Source: a virus (lineage: Duplodnaviria > Caudoviricetes). Taken from it: a DNA stretch of 42,788 nt. Where the stretch lies: positions 1 through 42,788 of IMG/VR virus record IMGVR_UViG_3300020045_003118; one strand, 5' to 3'. A program made the position numbers and the translations under genes. The notes beneath the pieces are model-generated. The model saw only the letters and a list, made by a program, of their open reading frames with translations, did not search any database and was not told where the DNA came from. Shown here one piece after another: positions 1 through 10,106 of this stretch (its first letter is position 1; each line of letters begins with the position of its first letter).

Positions 1-174
1 AAATTTTATCGGCTTCTCGGCCTTTTTAACGTCAAATCGATACGGAAATTCTTTAGTTTTTGATCGTTTCAGGTCGTCGATATGCCTTTGACACGCAAGC
101 CGAACAAACTCGCACGCAGGTATTTTCCCTTTAATTACATCTTTGGCGTATTTTGCGCCTTGTTTCCAACTCAT
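1..174 (-). CDS. terL: Terminase large subunit N-terminal fragment (inverted relative to the rest of terL; runs off the window)
   Basis: Manual translation from ATG at 174: MSWKQGAKYAKDVIKGKIPACEFVRLACQRHIDDLKRSKTKEFPYRFDVKKAEKPIKF, a typical N-terminus of HK97-like TerL. Confidence 0.8.
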   Translation of the reverse strand, partial: MSWKQGAKYAKDVIKGKIPACEFVRLACQRHIDDLKRSKTKEFPYRFDVKKAEKPIKF

Positions 175-216
175 TGAAGCCCTGTGTCGTCACGACATGA
201 GGATTGTTTAATTTAT

Positions 217-237
217 TTATAGCAGCGTAAACGGGTT
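217..237 (-). other. Probable 3' end of terminase small subunit gene (..NPFTLL*)
   Basis: Minus-strand frame ends NPFTLL-stop 42 nt before the TerL start; NPF near the C-terminus is common in P27-type TerS. Confidence 0.4.
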
Positions 238-1632
238 CGGAAAGATAACGGATTACGGCGATTCAGGGAGTGTTACTGGGAAATACCCAGGAAAAACACA
301 AAATCCACCATAGGCAGCGGGATCGGGCTTTATATGTTTGCCGCCGATGGCGAGTTCGGCGCAGAGGTCTATTCAGGCGCGACAACCGAGAAACAGGCAT
401 TGGAAGTGTTTCGGCCGGCACGATTGACCTGTAAACGGACACCGGCACTTGCCGAGGCGTTTGGCGTGACAATCAACGCGTCGAACTTAGTTAAACACGA
501 TGACGGAAGCCGATTTGAGCCGTTAGTCGGAAACCCAGGCGATGGCGCCAGCCCGTCTTGCTCGATAATCGACGAGTTCCACGAGCATGCGACGCCGGCC
601 CTATATGACACCATGGTAACGGGCATGGGGGCCAGAAGTCAGCCGTTGAACCTGATTATCACGACTGCAGGCAGTAACCTTGCCGGTCCGTGCTACATGA
701 AGCGCGACCAGGTTATTAGGATTTTGCGCGGGGCAATTGACAACGACGAAATATTTGGGTTGATTTATACCGTAGACCCAGACGACGACTGGACAGAGTT
801 AGCGACTTTAATCAAGGCAAATCCGAATTATGGGGTATCGGTTGACGCCAATTACCTGCAAAGCCGGTTAAGAGACGCAATACAAACGGCTTCAAGGCAA
901 GCGATTTTCAAAACAAAGCACTTAAATATTTGGGTTGGAGCCCGTAACGCCTGGATGAACATGCAGAAATGGCCTAAATGCCCAGATAGAGCGCCTTTGT
1001 CTGAATTGGTTGGGCGTCCATGCTACATGTCGTTAGATTTGGCTTCAAAGATCGACGTTGCGGTTAAATGTTTGCTTTTCCCGCCATACGAAGGCGATAC
1101 CCGTTATCACGTCCATATGAAGTTTTACTTGCCCGAGGATATGGTTGAAAGCGGCTCGACGACCAACGCGAGTCACTATGCCGGATGGGCAAAACAGGAA
1201 TTAATGACATTGACGCCAGGTAATACCATTGATTTTAGCTACATCATGGATGATATGCGCGACGACGCAGAGACCTATGACGTTTTAGAGTGCGTTTACG
1301 ATCCGTGGCAAGCCACTCAGCTTGCTACCCAGATGCTTTCAGAGGGATTGAACATGATTGAGCTGGCTAATAATTCAAAGAACTTTAGCGAACCAATGAA
1401 AGAAATTGAAAAGCTGGTATTCACAAAATTGCTTGCGCACGGTAACTGCCCGATACTAACTTGGATGATGTCAAACGTAGTTGCGAAACTGGATAACAAG
1501 GACAATATTTACCCGGTAAAGGAGTTTTACGAGAACAAAATCGACGGCCCCGTCGCCTTAATAATGGCGATGAATCGCGTTGTTGTGCACGATGACGGGT
1601 TAATAATTGACAGTAATTATATTTTTGTGTAA
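232..1632 (+). CDS. terL: Terminase large subunit, ATPase + nuclease (5'-truncated at the junction)
   Basis: The frame of ORF 334..1632 is open back to ~223 and includes RRFRECYWEIPRKNTKST (Walker A). It also has IIDEFH (Walker B), ITTAG, LDLASKID and KIDGPVALIMA. Confidence 0.95.
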   Translation, partial: RVRKDNGLRRFRECYWEIPRKNTKSTIGSGIGLYMFAADGEFGAEVYSGATTEKQALEVFRPARLTCKRTPALAEAFGVTINASNLVKHDDGSRFEPLVGNPGDGASPSCSIIDEFHEHATPALYDTMVTGMGARSQPLNLIITTAGSNLAGPCYMKRDQVIRILRGAIDNDEIFGLIYTVDPDDDWTELATLIKANPNYGVSVDANYLQSRLRDAIQTASRQAIFKTKHLNIWVGARNAWMNMQKWPKCPDRAPLSELVGRPCYMSLDLASKIDVAVKCLLFPPYEGDTRYHVHMKFYLPEDMVESGSTTNASHYAGWAKQELMTLTPGNTIDFSYIMDDMRDDAETYDVLECVYDPWQATQLATQMLSEGLNMIELANNSKNFSEPMKEIEKLVFTKLLAHGNCPILTWMMSNVVAKLDNKDNIYPVKEFYENKIDGPVALIMAMNRVVVHDDGLIIDSNYIFV

Positions 1633-1634
1633 AT

Positions 1635-1799
1635 ATGAGTATATTCGTATATAATTGTTTTAATATATTAGCATTGGCTTGTATAGTTTCAGGAACCGTG
1701 CTTTTATACGGTGCACCGATTGGCTTGATAGTTGCCGGTGTGCTCTTGATGACTTTTAACTTGATGACTGCCTATATTGCCTTAAAACGGCAAAAATAA
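1635..1799 (+). CDS. Small two-TM membrane protein between terL and portal
   Basis: Manual ORF MSIFVYNCFNILALACIVSGTVLLYGAPIGLIVAGVLLMTFNLMTAYIALKRQK; position typical of HK97-like phages. Confidence 0.7.
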   Translation: MSIFVYNCFNILALACIVSGTVLLYGAPIGLIVAGVLLMTFNLMTAYIALKRQK

Positions 1800-1856
1800 T
1801 CGCAGTTTGGCGCGTCGTGATGACGCCTTATTCCCAAATGAAGGCACATAGATTAG

Positions 1857-3104
1857 GTGTTTCTAACATCATTCAAAGCTGATAACGACCGTTCTCCATG
1901 GGGTGGATTCTGGTTTAATCCAGTGTCGAAAGGCGGTTACAACAGTCAATACGTAACGGCTGACACTGCGGTTCATGTTACCGCCGTATTTTCTTGCGTT
2001 GCTGTATTATCAGAATCTTTTGCCATTTTGCCGCCAATACTTTACAAACAGAACGGCAGGAATAAAGACCGAATTACAAACCACTGGGTTTATAAATTAT
2101 TAGCAAAAAAGCCAAACCGGTATCAAAACGCCTTTGAATGGCGCGAAATGGGTCAAGGGCATTTGGCCTTACGCGGTAATTTTTATAATGAGATTTATAC
2201 AAATTCCCGTGGGCAGATAACCGAATTAATGCCGATTCATCCTGACAAAACAACTATAAAAGTTAAGCAGGATGGAAATTATGTTTATGAAGTAACCAGG
2301 CCGAACGGTCAAAAAGACACGTTGACGCGTGAGGAAGTTTTTCATATTCGCGGCTTCGGCTCTGACATTTACAAAGGCTATAACCCTATTGAAATAGCGC
2401 GTGAAGCGATTGGAATAGCCCAGGCCCAGCAAAGTTATGGATCACGGTTTTTTGATAATGACGCCAAGCCGTCGAGCGGCGTTATTACGCACCCAGGTAG
2501 CTTTAAGGACACTGAGGCGAAGCGTTTGTTTCGAGAAGGACTACAGGAACAGCAAGCCGGATTTAACAAAGGCAAGTTTTTAGTTCTGGAAATGGGAATG
2601 GATTACAAATCCGTTGGTATTTCAAACACTGATGCCCAATTTCTCGAAAACCGTAAATTCTCAGTCGAGGAAATAGCCCGTTTATTTCGGGTTCCTCCGC
2701 ACAGAATCGGGCATTTAGAGCGCAGTACGAACAACAATATTGAACATCAAGGGCTTGAGTTTGTAACTTACACGATGACCCCTTGGGCAGAGCGTTGGGA
2801 GGCGGCCATTGAATCAGATTTGATACCGGAAGCCGACGAAATAGAGATTGAGTTCGACTTTAAGCGGCTATTGCGTGGTGATCAGAAGTCACGAAGTGCT
2901 TATTATCATGCCGGTGTGCTAGACGGCTGGATGACTCGCAACGAGGCCAGGGAAGAAGAAGGATATAACCCAATTGATGGACTCGACGAGCCTTTAAGGC
3001 CGCTCAACATGATGCCGGAAGAAGAAGCCGAAGAAATGCACGAAATAGAAAAAGAAAAAGCCACTATGGAACCAGAAAATGAAAAGACAACTGCTGTTAG
3101 CTGA
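1857..3104 (+). CDS. Portal protein, HK97 family
   Basis: AVFSCV..LSES.A.LP, KPN.YQ, LRGNFY, EIARLFRVPPH.IG, NNIEHQ, MTRNEAR motifs. Confidence 0.95.
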   Translation: MFLTSFKADNDRSPWGGFWFNPVSKGGYNSQYVTADTAVHVTAVFSCVAVLSESFAILPPILYKQNGRNKDRITNHWVYKLLAKKPNRYQNAFEWREMGQGHLALRGNFYNEIYTNSRGQITELMPIHPDKTTIKVKQDGNYVYEVTRPNGQKDTLTREEVFHIRGFGSDIYKGYNPIEIAREAIGIAQAQQSYGSRFFDNDAKPSSGVITHPGSFKDTEAKRLFREGLQEQQAGFNKGKFLVLEMGMDYKSVGISNTDAQFLENRKFSVEEIARLFRVPPHRIGHLERSTNNNIEHQGLEFVTYTMTPWAERWEAAIESDLIPEADEIEIEFDFKRLLRGDQKSRSAYYHAGVLDGWMTRNEAREEEGYNPIDGLDEPLRPLNMMPEEEAEEMHEIEKEKATMEPENEKTTAVS

Positions 3105-3981
3105 ATTTTTACGGACTCCGTGGGCATTGACGCCGGATTATTTGTCACTCATGTCAAGCGTTTTGACGAATTGGGCTTTTGATCAGCCACTGAGCTTAGA
3201 AGTTAAAGAAAAGATCGACGCGGATAAGGAAATAGTGGCCGCACGGCAATCAAGCGCCAACAAATCAGGCAGCGTTGCCGTTATTCAGGTTTTTGGCGTA
3301 TTGACTCAACGTCCTCCGCAAGATATTAGCGGCTCTGGCGGCACATCGACAAGCAAAATTGCACAATCAGTTAAGGCCGCGGCCAATGATCCATCAGTCA
3401 GTAAAATTCTGATTGAATTCGACGGTCCAGGCGGCTCGGTTTATGGCACTTTGGAGGCGGCGCAAGCCATTTATGAAGCAAGGCAACAAAAACCAGTTAT
3501 CGGAATTTCAAATAGTATGGCCGCCAGCGCGACGTACTGGCTTGCATCTCAATGTAGCGAGCTCTATTGCACTCCAGGCGGAGAGGTCGGCAGTATTGGC
3601 GTATACACAGCTCATCAATATCTCGGAAAATCACTTGAAGATAAAGGAATTCAAACCACTTTAATCAGCGCTGGCAAATATAAAACCGAAGCAAACCCAT
3701 TTGAACCACTCGACCCGCAAGCGCAAGCCGCAATTCAAGCTCGTGTTGACGATTATTACACCATGTTTACGCAAGCCGTCGCTAAGGGCCGTGGCGCTAA
3801 TGTGGCAGACGTAAAGGGCGGCATGGGACAAGGCCGCATGTTGGGCGCACAAGAAGCGCTCGATGCCAACATGATCGATGGAATTATGAGTTATGACCAA
3901 TTGATTGACAAGATTTTATCAGAATCAAGGCCGACAAGATCACGAATGGCACAAGCCAAACGGGATTTAGCTTTGATGTAA
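3079..3981 (+). CDS. Prohead protease, S49/SppA family
   Basis: DGPGG, MAASATYWLAS, VGSIGV, SAGKYKT motifs; lies between portal and capsid. Confidence 0.92.
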   Translation: MKRQLLLAEFLRTPWALTPDYLSLMSSVLTNWAFDQPLSLEVKEKIDADKEIVAARQSSANKSGSVAVIQVFGVLTQRPPQDISGSGGTSTSKIAQSVKAAANDPSVSKILIEFDGPGGSVYGTLEAAQAIYEARQQKPVIGISNSMAASATYWLASQCSELYCTPGGEVGSIGVYTAHQYLGKSLEDKGIQTTLISAGKYKTEANPFEPLDPQAQAAIQARVDDYYTMFTQAVAKGRGANVADVKGGMGQGRMLGAQEALDANMIDGIMSYDQLIDKILSESRPTRSRMAQAKRDLALM

Positions 3982-4069
3982 AAGGCTACCCTGGCTCATG
4001 TCGTGAGACACGGCCAGGATTTTAAAAGCGCGTCGTGATGACGCCACAATCCTTAAAAGGAAACGAAAG

Positions 4070-5341
4070 ATGCGTACATCCAAGAAATTACGCGAGCTGC
4101 AAGCCAAAAAAGCGACTTTGGTGGCCTCTGCTCGTGCTATCACTGATGGTGCAGAAAAAGACTTGCGTGATTTATCAACCGATGAAGCCGCAAACTTTGA
4201 CGCGCTAAAAAATCAAATTGACGGCGTTAACTCTGCGATTGATCGTGAAAACGTATTGATTGCAGAGGAAGCGAGCGTTGGCGTAGTGGCCGAGCACATT
4301 GTTGACAGGGCAACGCTTGACGACAAACGAGACTTTAAAAGCTTTGGCGAGTTTGCTAATGCGATCATTCAACACTCAGTTAGCGGCGTTCATGACCAAC
4401 GGTTTAACGCTGCCGCTCCATCGACTTACGGCAATGAATCAACCGGTGCCGATGGCGGGTTTTTAATTCCTCCTGAGTTTAGCCGTGAAATCTTCACACT
4501 GTCTTTGACAGAAGACGCAATGCTGCCATTGACCGACAATACAAACGTGTCAGGCAACAGCATGGTTTTCCCGAAAGATGAAACCACGCCGTGGGGTACT
4601 GATGGCGTTCGCGCGTACTGGCAAGCCGAGGCAACTGCCGCGACTGCTACCAAGCCGAAACTTTCAACCGCTATTCTCCGGCTTCATAAGCTAATGGCTT
4701 TAGTCCCCTTAACCGAGGAGTTAATGGCCGACACCAATGCGCTTGACTCATACCTGCCTGAAAAAGTGGCGACTTCGATACGCTGGAAAGTGAATGAGTC
4801 CTTCTTGTTTGGTAATGGTAACGGTCAGCCTACTGGCTTGTTCAATTCTGGAGCTGCGGTTGTTCAGACAAAAGAATCCGCACAGTCAGCCAGTACGGTA
4901 TTGCTTGCCAATATCACCAACATGATCGCCCGCTTAACGCACGGTTCATTCCCGCGTTCATTCTGGTTAATTACCCCTGACGCGTTGCCTTCATTGTTCG
5001 GCTTAACACTGGCGAACTATCCCATCTATTTGCCGATCAGCGCCGGTGCGCAAGGTTCACCTTACGGTACGTTGATGGGCAGGCCGATTGTGGTCAGCCA
5101 ACATGCGGCGGCGTTCTCAAGCCAAGGCGATATTTCATTGCTTGACATGAAGTACTACAGAACGATTTCAAAATCTGGCGGCATTGAGACAGCGACTTCC
5201 ATGCATTTGTACTTCGATGCACAAGCAACCGCATTCAGGGCGACATTCAGGATTGACGGTCAATCCAAACTTGCCGCGCCAATTTCACAGGCAAAAGGAT
5301 CAAAAACCTTATCGCCTTTCATTCAGTTAGAAGCGAGATAA
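4070..5341 (+). CDS. Major capsid protein, HK97 fold with delta domain
   Basis: Coiled-coil N-terminus, GGFLIP.EF, GNGNGQPTG, TLMGRPIV, AFRATFRIDG. Confidence 0.95.
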   Translation: MRTSKKLRELQAKKATLVASARAITDGAEKDLRDLSTDEAANFDALKNQIDGVNSAIDRENVLIAEEASVGVVAEHIVDRATLDDKRDFKSFGEFANAIIQHSVSGVHDQRFNAAAPSTYGNESTGADGGFLIPPEFSREIFTLSLTEDAMLPLTDNTNVSGNSMVFPKDETTPWGTDGVRAYWQAEATAATATKPKLSTAILRLHKLMALVPLTEELMADTNALDSYLPEKVATSIRWKVNESFLFGNGNGQPTGLFNSGAAVVQTKESAQSASTVLLANITNMIARLTHGSFPRSFWLITPDALPSLFGLTLANYPIYLPISAGAQGSPYGTLMGRPIVVSQHAAAFSSQGDISLLDMKYYRTISKSGGIETATSMHLYFDAQATAFRATFRIDGQSKLAAPISQAKGSKTLSPFIQLEAR

Positions 5342-5351
5342 GGGGACTTCA

Positions 5352-5798
5352 ATGTTTAGCAATACTGCAAAATTAAGTGAAATTGTCGGCGTAGTCGGCG
5401 GTGTAGCCCCGGTAAGTCAGGCGGCTGGATCGGTTTCAACAGGATGGGTTAACGTCAAAAATTTCCATTCGTTTCTTGCCGTTATTCAATCCGGTGTTTT
5501 GGGTGCCTCTGCGACCCTGGACGCAAAAATTGAACAGGCTTCTGATGGAAGCGGAACCGGCGTTAAGGACGTAACCGGTAAAGCGATCACACAGATCGTA
5601 AAAGCTTCCGGTGACGGTAAACATGCGTTGATCAGTTTCAGAACTCAAGACCTGGACACGAACAATGCATTTAACCATGTCCGGCTAACTTTAACCGTTG
5701 GAACTGCGGCTAGTTTGGTTGGTGGGGTGTTGATTGCCACACCTAGATATATGCCGGCCACAGACTTTGACGCGGCCACTGTTGTTCAAGCCGTTTAA
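5352..5798 (+). CDS. Putative head decoration protein
   Basis: 148-aa beta-rich protein immediately after the capsid gene. Confidence 0.55.
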   Translation: MFSNTAKLSEIVGVVGGVAPVSQAAGSVSTGWVNVKNFHSFLAVIQSGVLGASATLDAKIEQASDGSGTGVKDVTGKAITQIVKASGDGKHALISFRTQDLDTNNAFNHVRLTLTVGTAASLVGGVLIATPRYMPATDFDAATVVQAV

Positions 5799-5800
5799 GT

Positions 5801-6679
5801 ATGCCTTTAAAACTGGTATCCGCGCCCACGATACAGCCGTTGCATGTCAATGACGTGCGGCAGCATGTAAAACAGGACATTGAGGATGACGATAATTTAA
5901 TTTCGTTGTACTTGGGCGCCGCGGTTGAATTTGCACAAATGCAGACTCAGCGCCAAGCCGTGGCCGCGCGATACCAGTTTATTTTGGATGCTTTCCCAGG
6001 GCCGTCATTAATGGGCGTTCCACATGGTAAAGCATTTGGTATGCCGGTGCATGCCATCCTGATACCGAGAACGCCTTTGGTTCAAGTTATCAGCATCGAA
6101 TATACCGCTATGGACGGCACAACTCAGGTAATGCCTTCGACCGATTACACGATAGACATTAACTGCGACCCGCCAAGGATTACGCCGGTGTTCGGTAAGA
6201 TTTGGCCTATACCGCTTCCACAAATAGGATCGGTACGGGTTAATTTCATTGCCGGATATGTTGCGCCGGTGACCGTGAACGTCAGCGGAAACGATATTAC
6301 CGTTTTTGGCTGGCGACCTATGCAGGTTAATGACGTTGTGAGGTTAAGCAATTCTGGTGGCAATCTGCCGGAACCGCTACAGCAAAAAACCGATTATTAC
6401 ATCAAAACAGTTGAGTCGACCGGCGTTTATACGCTGTCTGCGACTGTTGGTGGTGCGGCGGTTGACCTAACAACATTAGGCAGAGGCTACCATTATTTAG
6501 GGCAGCCCGATTTAAACAGCTTTTTCGGCGAAATACCGGACGGATTTAAAGCTTGGATGCTATTACGTTGCGACAGTCTTTATTCGCACCGTGGCGAAAC
6601 AGCAAGCACACGCGGCGTATTAACGTCTTTGCCGTGGATTGACAGGCTGCTTGACCCGTATCGCGTGGTGTCGGCATGA
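5801..6679 (+). CDS. Head-tail adaptor (HK97 gp6 / phiE125 gp8-like) with an inserted domain
   Basis: N-terminal V.QH.K.D..DDDNLI..Y..AA; VRVNFIAGY; C-terminal LYSHR...LLDPYRV. Confidence 0.8.
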   Translation: MPLKLVSAPTIQPLHVNDVRQHVKQDIEDDDNLISLYLGAAVEFAQMQTQRQAVAARYQFILDAFPGPSLMGVPHGKAFGMPVHAILIPRTPLVQVISIEYTAMDGTTQVMPSTDYTIDINCDPPRITPVFGKIWPIPLPQIGSVRVNFIAGYVAPVTVNVSGNDITVFGWRPMQVNDVVRLSNSGGNLPEPLQQKTDYYIKTVESTGVYTLSATVGGAAVDLTTLGRGYHYLGQPDLNSFFGEIPDGFKAWMLLRCDSLYSHRGETASTRGVLTSLPWIDRLLDPYRVVSA

Positions 6680-7050
6680 GTGTAGGCGAAATCACATGGC
6701 CGGACGTTGGACAGCTCACGAGGCGCGTTCTGATTCGGTTATGGCTAGACAATCCTGGCTCCATGTTTGGCATCGAGCAGGACTTTGATAACGGCACCGA
6801 GCGGTGGGCAAAGATTGAGCCGGTTTCTGGTGTCGCTTTTTGGGGATCAAAACAGATCGACGAAGGGATGACGCACAGAATATGGATTCGCTATGGAATC
6901 GGCACAAGGCCTGAAAACTTAACCGGCCAACATGTTATCGACTACATGAGCGGTAACGAGCGGTTCAGGGTGTTACGGGCTACCAATGTCGGCGACGCGC
7001 AGAAGTTCACGATGATCGAGGTTAAGTCACTCGGGAAGATTTCAGCATGA
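6676..7050 (+). CDS. Head closure/stopper protein (SPP1 gp16-like)
   Basis: GQL.RRV, WAKIEPVSG, THRIWIRY; synteny. Confidence 0.8.
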   Translation: MSVGEITWPDVGQLTRRVLIRLWLDNPGSMFGIEQDFDNGTERWAKIEPVSGVAFWGSKQIDEGMTHRIWIRYGIGTRPENLTGQHVIDYMSGNERFRVLRATNVGDAQKFTMIEVKSLGKISA

Positions 7051-7481
7051 GCGACATTAACATACGCGTCGAAGGATTCAGCCGGATTATTTACAACAAC
7101 CGGGAGCTTAGGAAAGCGATCAAGGCCGGTGGCATTTTAGTTCAACGCGAGGCGCGGCGACTGGTTTCAAGTTCAGCGGTTTCGAGTGCCGGGGATTTCC
7201 CAGGTAAAAACAGTGGCGCATTACGTCGATCAATAAGAATGAAGGTCGGCAGCGGCGGCGGCTATGTGACAGTGGCACCGAGGATGACCGAGGAAATTAG
7301 ACGGAATACTACCGGGCCGAATGACGGGAAAGCGGATTTTTATCCAATGTTTTTACACCGTGGAACAAGCCGAGGCATTCAGCCAAGAAAAGACTACATG
7401 CAAACGGCGTTAGACAACAAGTCGTATGCGATACGCGGCGCTATTCATAGGGCGTTACAGAACGCATTAACAACGGCATGA
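7047..7481 (+). CDS. HK97 gp10-like neck/tail-completion protein
   Basis: SGALRRSI, FLHRGT..I.PR.DYM..AL; basic protein; synteny. Confidence 0.75.
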   Translation: MSDINIRVEGFSRIIYNNRELRKAIKAGGILVQREARRLVSSSAVSSAGDFPGKNSGALRRSIRMKVGSGGGYVTVAPRMTEEIRRNTTGPNDGKADFYPMFLHRGTSRGIQPRKDYMQTALDNKSYAIRGAIHRALQNALTTA

Positions 7482-8083
7482 ACTTAAACATTGTCATTAA
7501 CCAGTTGCGGACTTACTGCCCATCATTTAACAGCAGGGTGGCCGGCGCTGGGAAGTTTGAAAAGATCGAAGAAACGGTCAACTTAGCTTTGCCGTTTGCA
7601 CTTGTTATCCCGCTTGATGATAGCCCAGGCGAGCGAATGAGTTTGAACGATGTTCGTCAACCGATGATTGAATCATTTGCCGTCATCGTCGCGGTGAACA
7701 ACACGGCAGACGAGCAAGGGCAATCGGCAGTTAACACGGCGCACGATTCGATACGGGCAGAAGTTTGGAAAGCGCTACTCGGCTGGCAACCGGATGGATT
7801 GATGGAGAAATCACGCTACCGTGGCATCGAGTACCAGGGCGGAAACTTATTAAAAATTGATCGATCGCGGCTTTGGTATCAATTTGATTTTGGCGCGTAC
7901 ATGGAGATTGAACCAGAGGACGGCTGGCAAGGCATTGAACTCGGAAACCTGCCGCACTTTGACGGCGCGAATATTAATGTTGATGACATAGACCCGGCAG
8001 CCGATCCGAATTTGAGTTACCCGGGGCCTGACGGAAGAATTGAGCACACGTTTAAATCACCTAAAAGTGGGAATTTACCCTGA
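7478..8083 (+). CDS. Putative tail terminator
   Basis: ALLGWQP and LWYQFDF motifs; just upstream of the sheath gene. Confidence 0.65.
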   Translation: MNLNIVINQLRTYCPSFNSRVAGAGKFEKIEETVNLALPFALVIPLDDSPGERMSLNDVRQPMIESFAVIVAVNNTADEQGQSAVNTAHDSIRAEVWKALLGWQPDGLMEKSRYRGIEYQGGNLLKIDRSRLWYQFDFGAYMEIEPEDGWQGIELGNLPHFDGANINVDDIDPAADPNLSYPGPDGRIEHTFKSPKSGNLP

Positions 8084-8238
8084 TGTTTGTAAAGCCTAAA
8101 TATACACCAGTTTATGACCCTGAAAACGGTGATTTTATTCCCGTTGAAGGCCGAGAAGTACCGAACGAACAGTATTGGTATCGACGTTTGAATGACGGCG
8201 ATATTGTCGAAGCGAAACCCAAAAAAGAGGCTAAATAA
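8083..8238 (+). CDS. Mu gp38-like small protein (DUF2635)
   Basis: Manual ORF MFVKPKYTPVYDPENGDFIPVEGREVPNEQYWYRRLNDGDIVEAKPKKEAK, translationally coupled on both sides. Confidence 0.85.
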   Translation: MFVKPKYTPVYDPENGDFIPVEGREVPNEQYWYRRLNDGDIVEAKPKKEAK

Positions 8239-9737
8239 TGGCTGTATCATTTAATTTTATTCCCGCCGGGAATGGCGTTAGAGTCCCACTGTTTTATGCA
8301 GAAATGGACAACAGCCAAGCCGGGTTTTTTTCACAAGAATTAAGATCGTTGCTTATCGGACAGAAGCTTTCAGGCGGCACGGCAAGCGTAAATACGCCAT
8401 ATCTGGTAGCAAGCACAAGCCAAGCTATTGCCTTATTCGGCCGTGGCTCAATGCTGGCGCGGATGCACGAGAAATACCGGTTATCCGATCCGGTTGGTGA
8501 GGTTTGGGCCATAGCGGTTGCTGATAATGGCGCCGGTGTTTCGGCTACAGGAACAATTACTGTATCAGGACCAGCGACGGCGGCAGGCACTATTGAGCTT
8601 TACATTGGCGGCCAGAAAATTTCTGTTGCGGTGGGCTCCACCGATTCTGCAAACGTTATCGCGGCGGCGATCAATACGGCGATCAATTTGGCAACTGACT
8701 TGCCGGTTACTTCAACCGTTTCAAGCGCCGTGGTTACTTTGACTTGCCGCTGGAAAGGCTTAACCGGAAACGATATATCGATTCTTGATTCATTCCGAGG
8801 CACGGCTGGCGGCGAAAGCTTGCCGACTGGCGTAACTATTGCCTACAGCGGATCAGGATTTTTAACCAACGGAACAACCGCACCAAGTTTGGCCCCTGTA
8901 ATTACGGCAATGGGCGACGACGCTTATGATTTTGTTGTGCATCCGTACACCGACAGCGGGAGTCTTGACGTTTTCTTGGCCGAATACGGCGATTCTTCCG
9001 GTCGGTGGTCATGGTCGCGTCAGGTTTACGGGCATTGTTACACGGCATTAAGAGGCACATTAAACGCTTTGGTAACGGCTGGCGGCTTGCGCAATGACCC
9101 GCACCACACGATTGCCGGGGTTGATGTTGATTGCCCACATCCAGGATATGAATATGCGGCGGCTTACGGCGCACGTAACGCGGTTTATATTTCCGCTGAC
9201 CCGGCCAGGCCAACTCAAACCGGCCAGTTAACCGGGTTGATGGCACCAAGGCCAGGAAAAAAATTCATCTGGTCAGAACGCAACTCGTTGTTGTCGTTTG
9301 GTATTGCGACAAGCATGGTTGTCAATGGCGTCATTCAGATCGAAAGAGCTATTACAACTTATCAGAAAAACACGTTCGGCCAGACAGACACAAGCTATTT
9401 TGACAGCGAAACCTTGCACACGGCGGCTTATGTTTTGCGCTATTTGTCGCAATCGATCACAAGCAAATATGCCCGTCATAAATTGGCGAATGATGGCACT
9501 CGTTATGGCGCAGGTAATGCGGTGGTGACTCCGGCGGTAATTCGCGGTGAACTGTTGGCGGCTTATGCGGCGCTTGAGGATTCCGGCATCGTCGAGAACC
9601 GGGAAGCGTTCCAGGATCATTTGATTGTCGAGCGCGATGCCACAAACCCGAACCGAGTTAATATTTTATTCCCGCCGGATTACGTGAATCAGTTGCGTGT
9701 CTTTGCGGTTCTTAATCAATTCCGCTTACAGTTTTAA
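8238..9737 (+). CDS. Tail sheath protein (Mu gpL-like)
   Basis: VPLFYAEMDNS, FGRGSML..M, NRVN...PPD.VNQLRVFA. Confidence 0.95.
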   Translation: MAVSFNFIPAGNGVRVPLFYAEMDNSQAGFFSQELRSLLIGQKLSGGTASVNTPYLVASTSQAIALFGRGSMLARMHEKYRLSDPVGEVWAIAVADNGAGVSATGTITVSGPATAAGTIELYIGGQKISVAVGSTDSANVIAAAINTAINLATDLPVTSTVSSAVVTLTCRWKGLTGNDISILDSFRGTAGGESLPTGVTIAYSGSGFLTNGTTAPSLAPVITAMGDDAYDFVVHPYTDSGSLDVFLAEYGDSSGRWSWSRQVYGHCYTALRGTLNALVTAGGLRNDPHHTIAGVDVDCPHPGYEYAAAYGARNAVYISADPARPTQTGQLTGLMAPRPGKKFIWSERNSLLSFGIATSMVVNGVIQIERAITTYQKNTFGQTDTSYFDSETLHTAAYVLRYLSQSITSKYARHKLANDGTRYGAGNAVVTPAVIRGELLAAYAALEDSGIVENREAFQDHLIVERDATNPNRVNILFPPDYVNQLRVFAVLNQFRLQF

Positions 9738-9746
9738 GGGGTAGTC

Positions 9747-10106
9747 ATGGCTGGAAGAATTGCAGGTATTTGTTATATCAAGGCCGATGGCGTACAGCTT
9801 GAGGTAAAGGGCGGCGTTGAAATCCCGTTTTCAAGCGTCAATCGTGAAACTGTCATGGGGCTTGCCGGGGTGGCCGGGTTTAAAGAAACGGCACAGCGGC
9901 CATACTTAAAATTAACCGCCGTTTTTACTCGTGATTTTCCCATTGTGTCGCTTTCACAGGGAACGAACATGACGGTAACGGCTGAACTGGCGAACGGCAA
10001 AGTTTACACGCTTACGAGTGCATGGCTTGAAGGCGAAACGGTATCAAACGGCGAAGAAGGCACGGCAGAAATCGAGTTTTCAGGGGTTACCGGCATATGG
10101 CAATAG
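9747..10106 (+). CDS. Tail tube protein (Mu gpM-like)
   Basis: IAG.CYIK.DG, TAELANGKVY.L..AW; follows the sheath gene. Confidence 0.9.
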   Translation: MAGRIAGICYIKADGVQLEVKGGVEIPFSSVNRETVMGLAGVAGFKETAQRPYLKLTAVFTRDFPIVSLSQGTNMTVTAELANGKVYTLTSAWLEGETVSNGEEGTAEIEFSGVTGIWQ

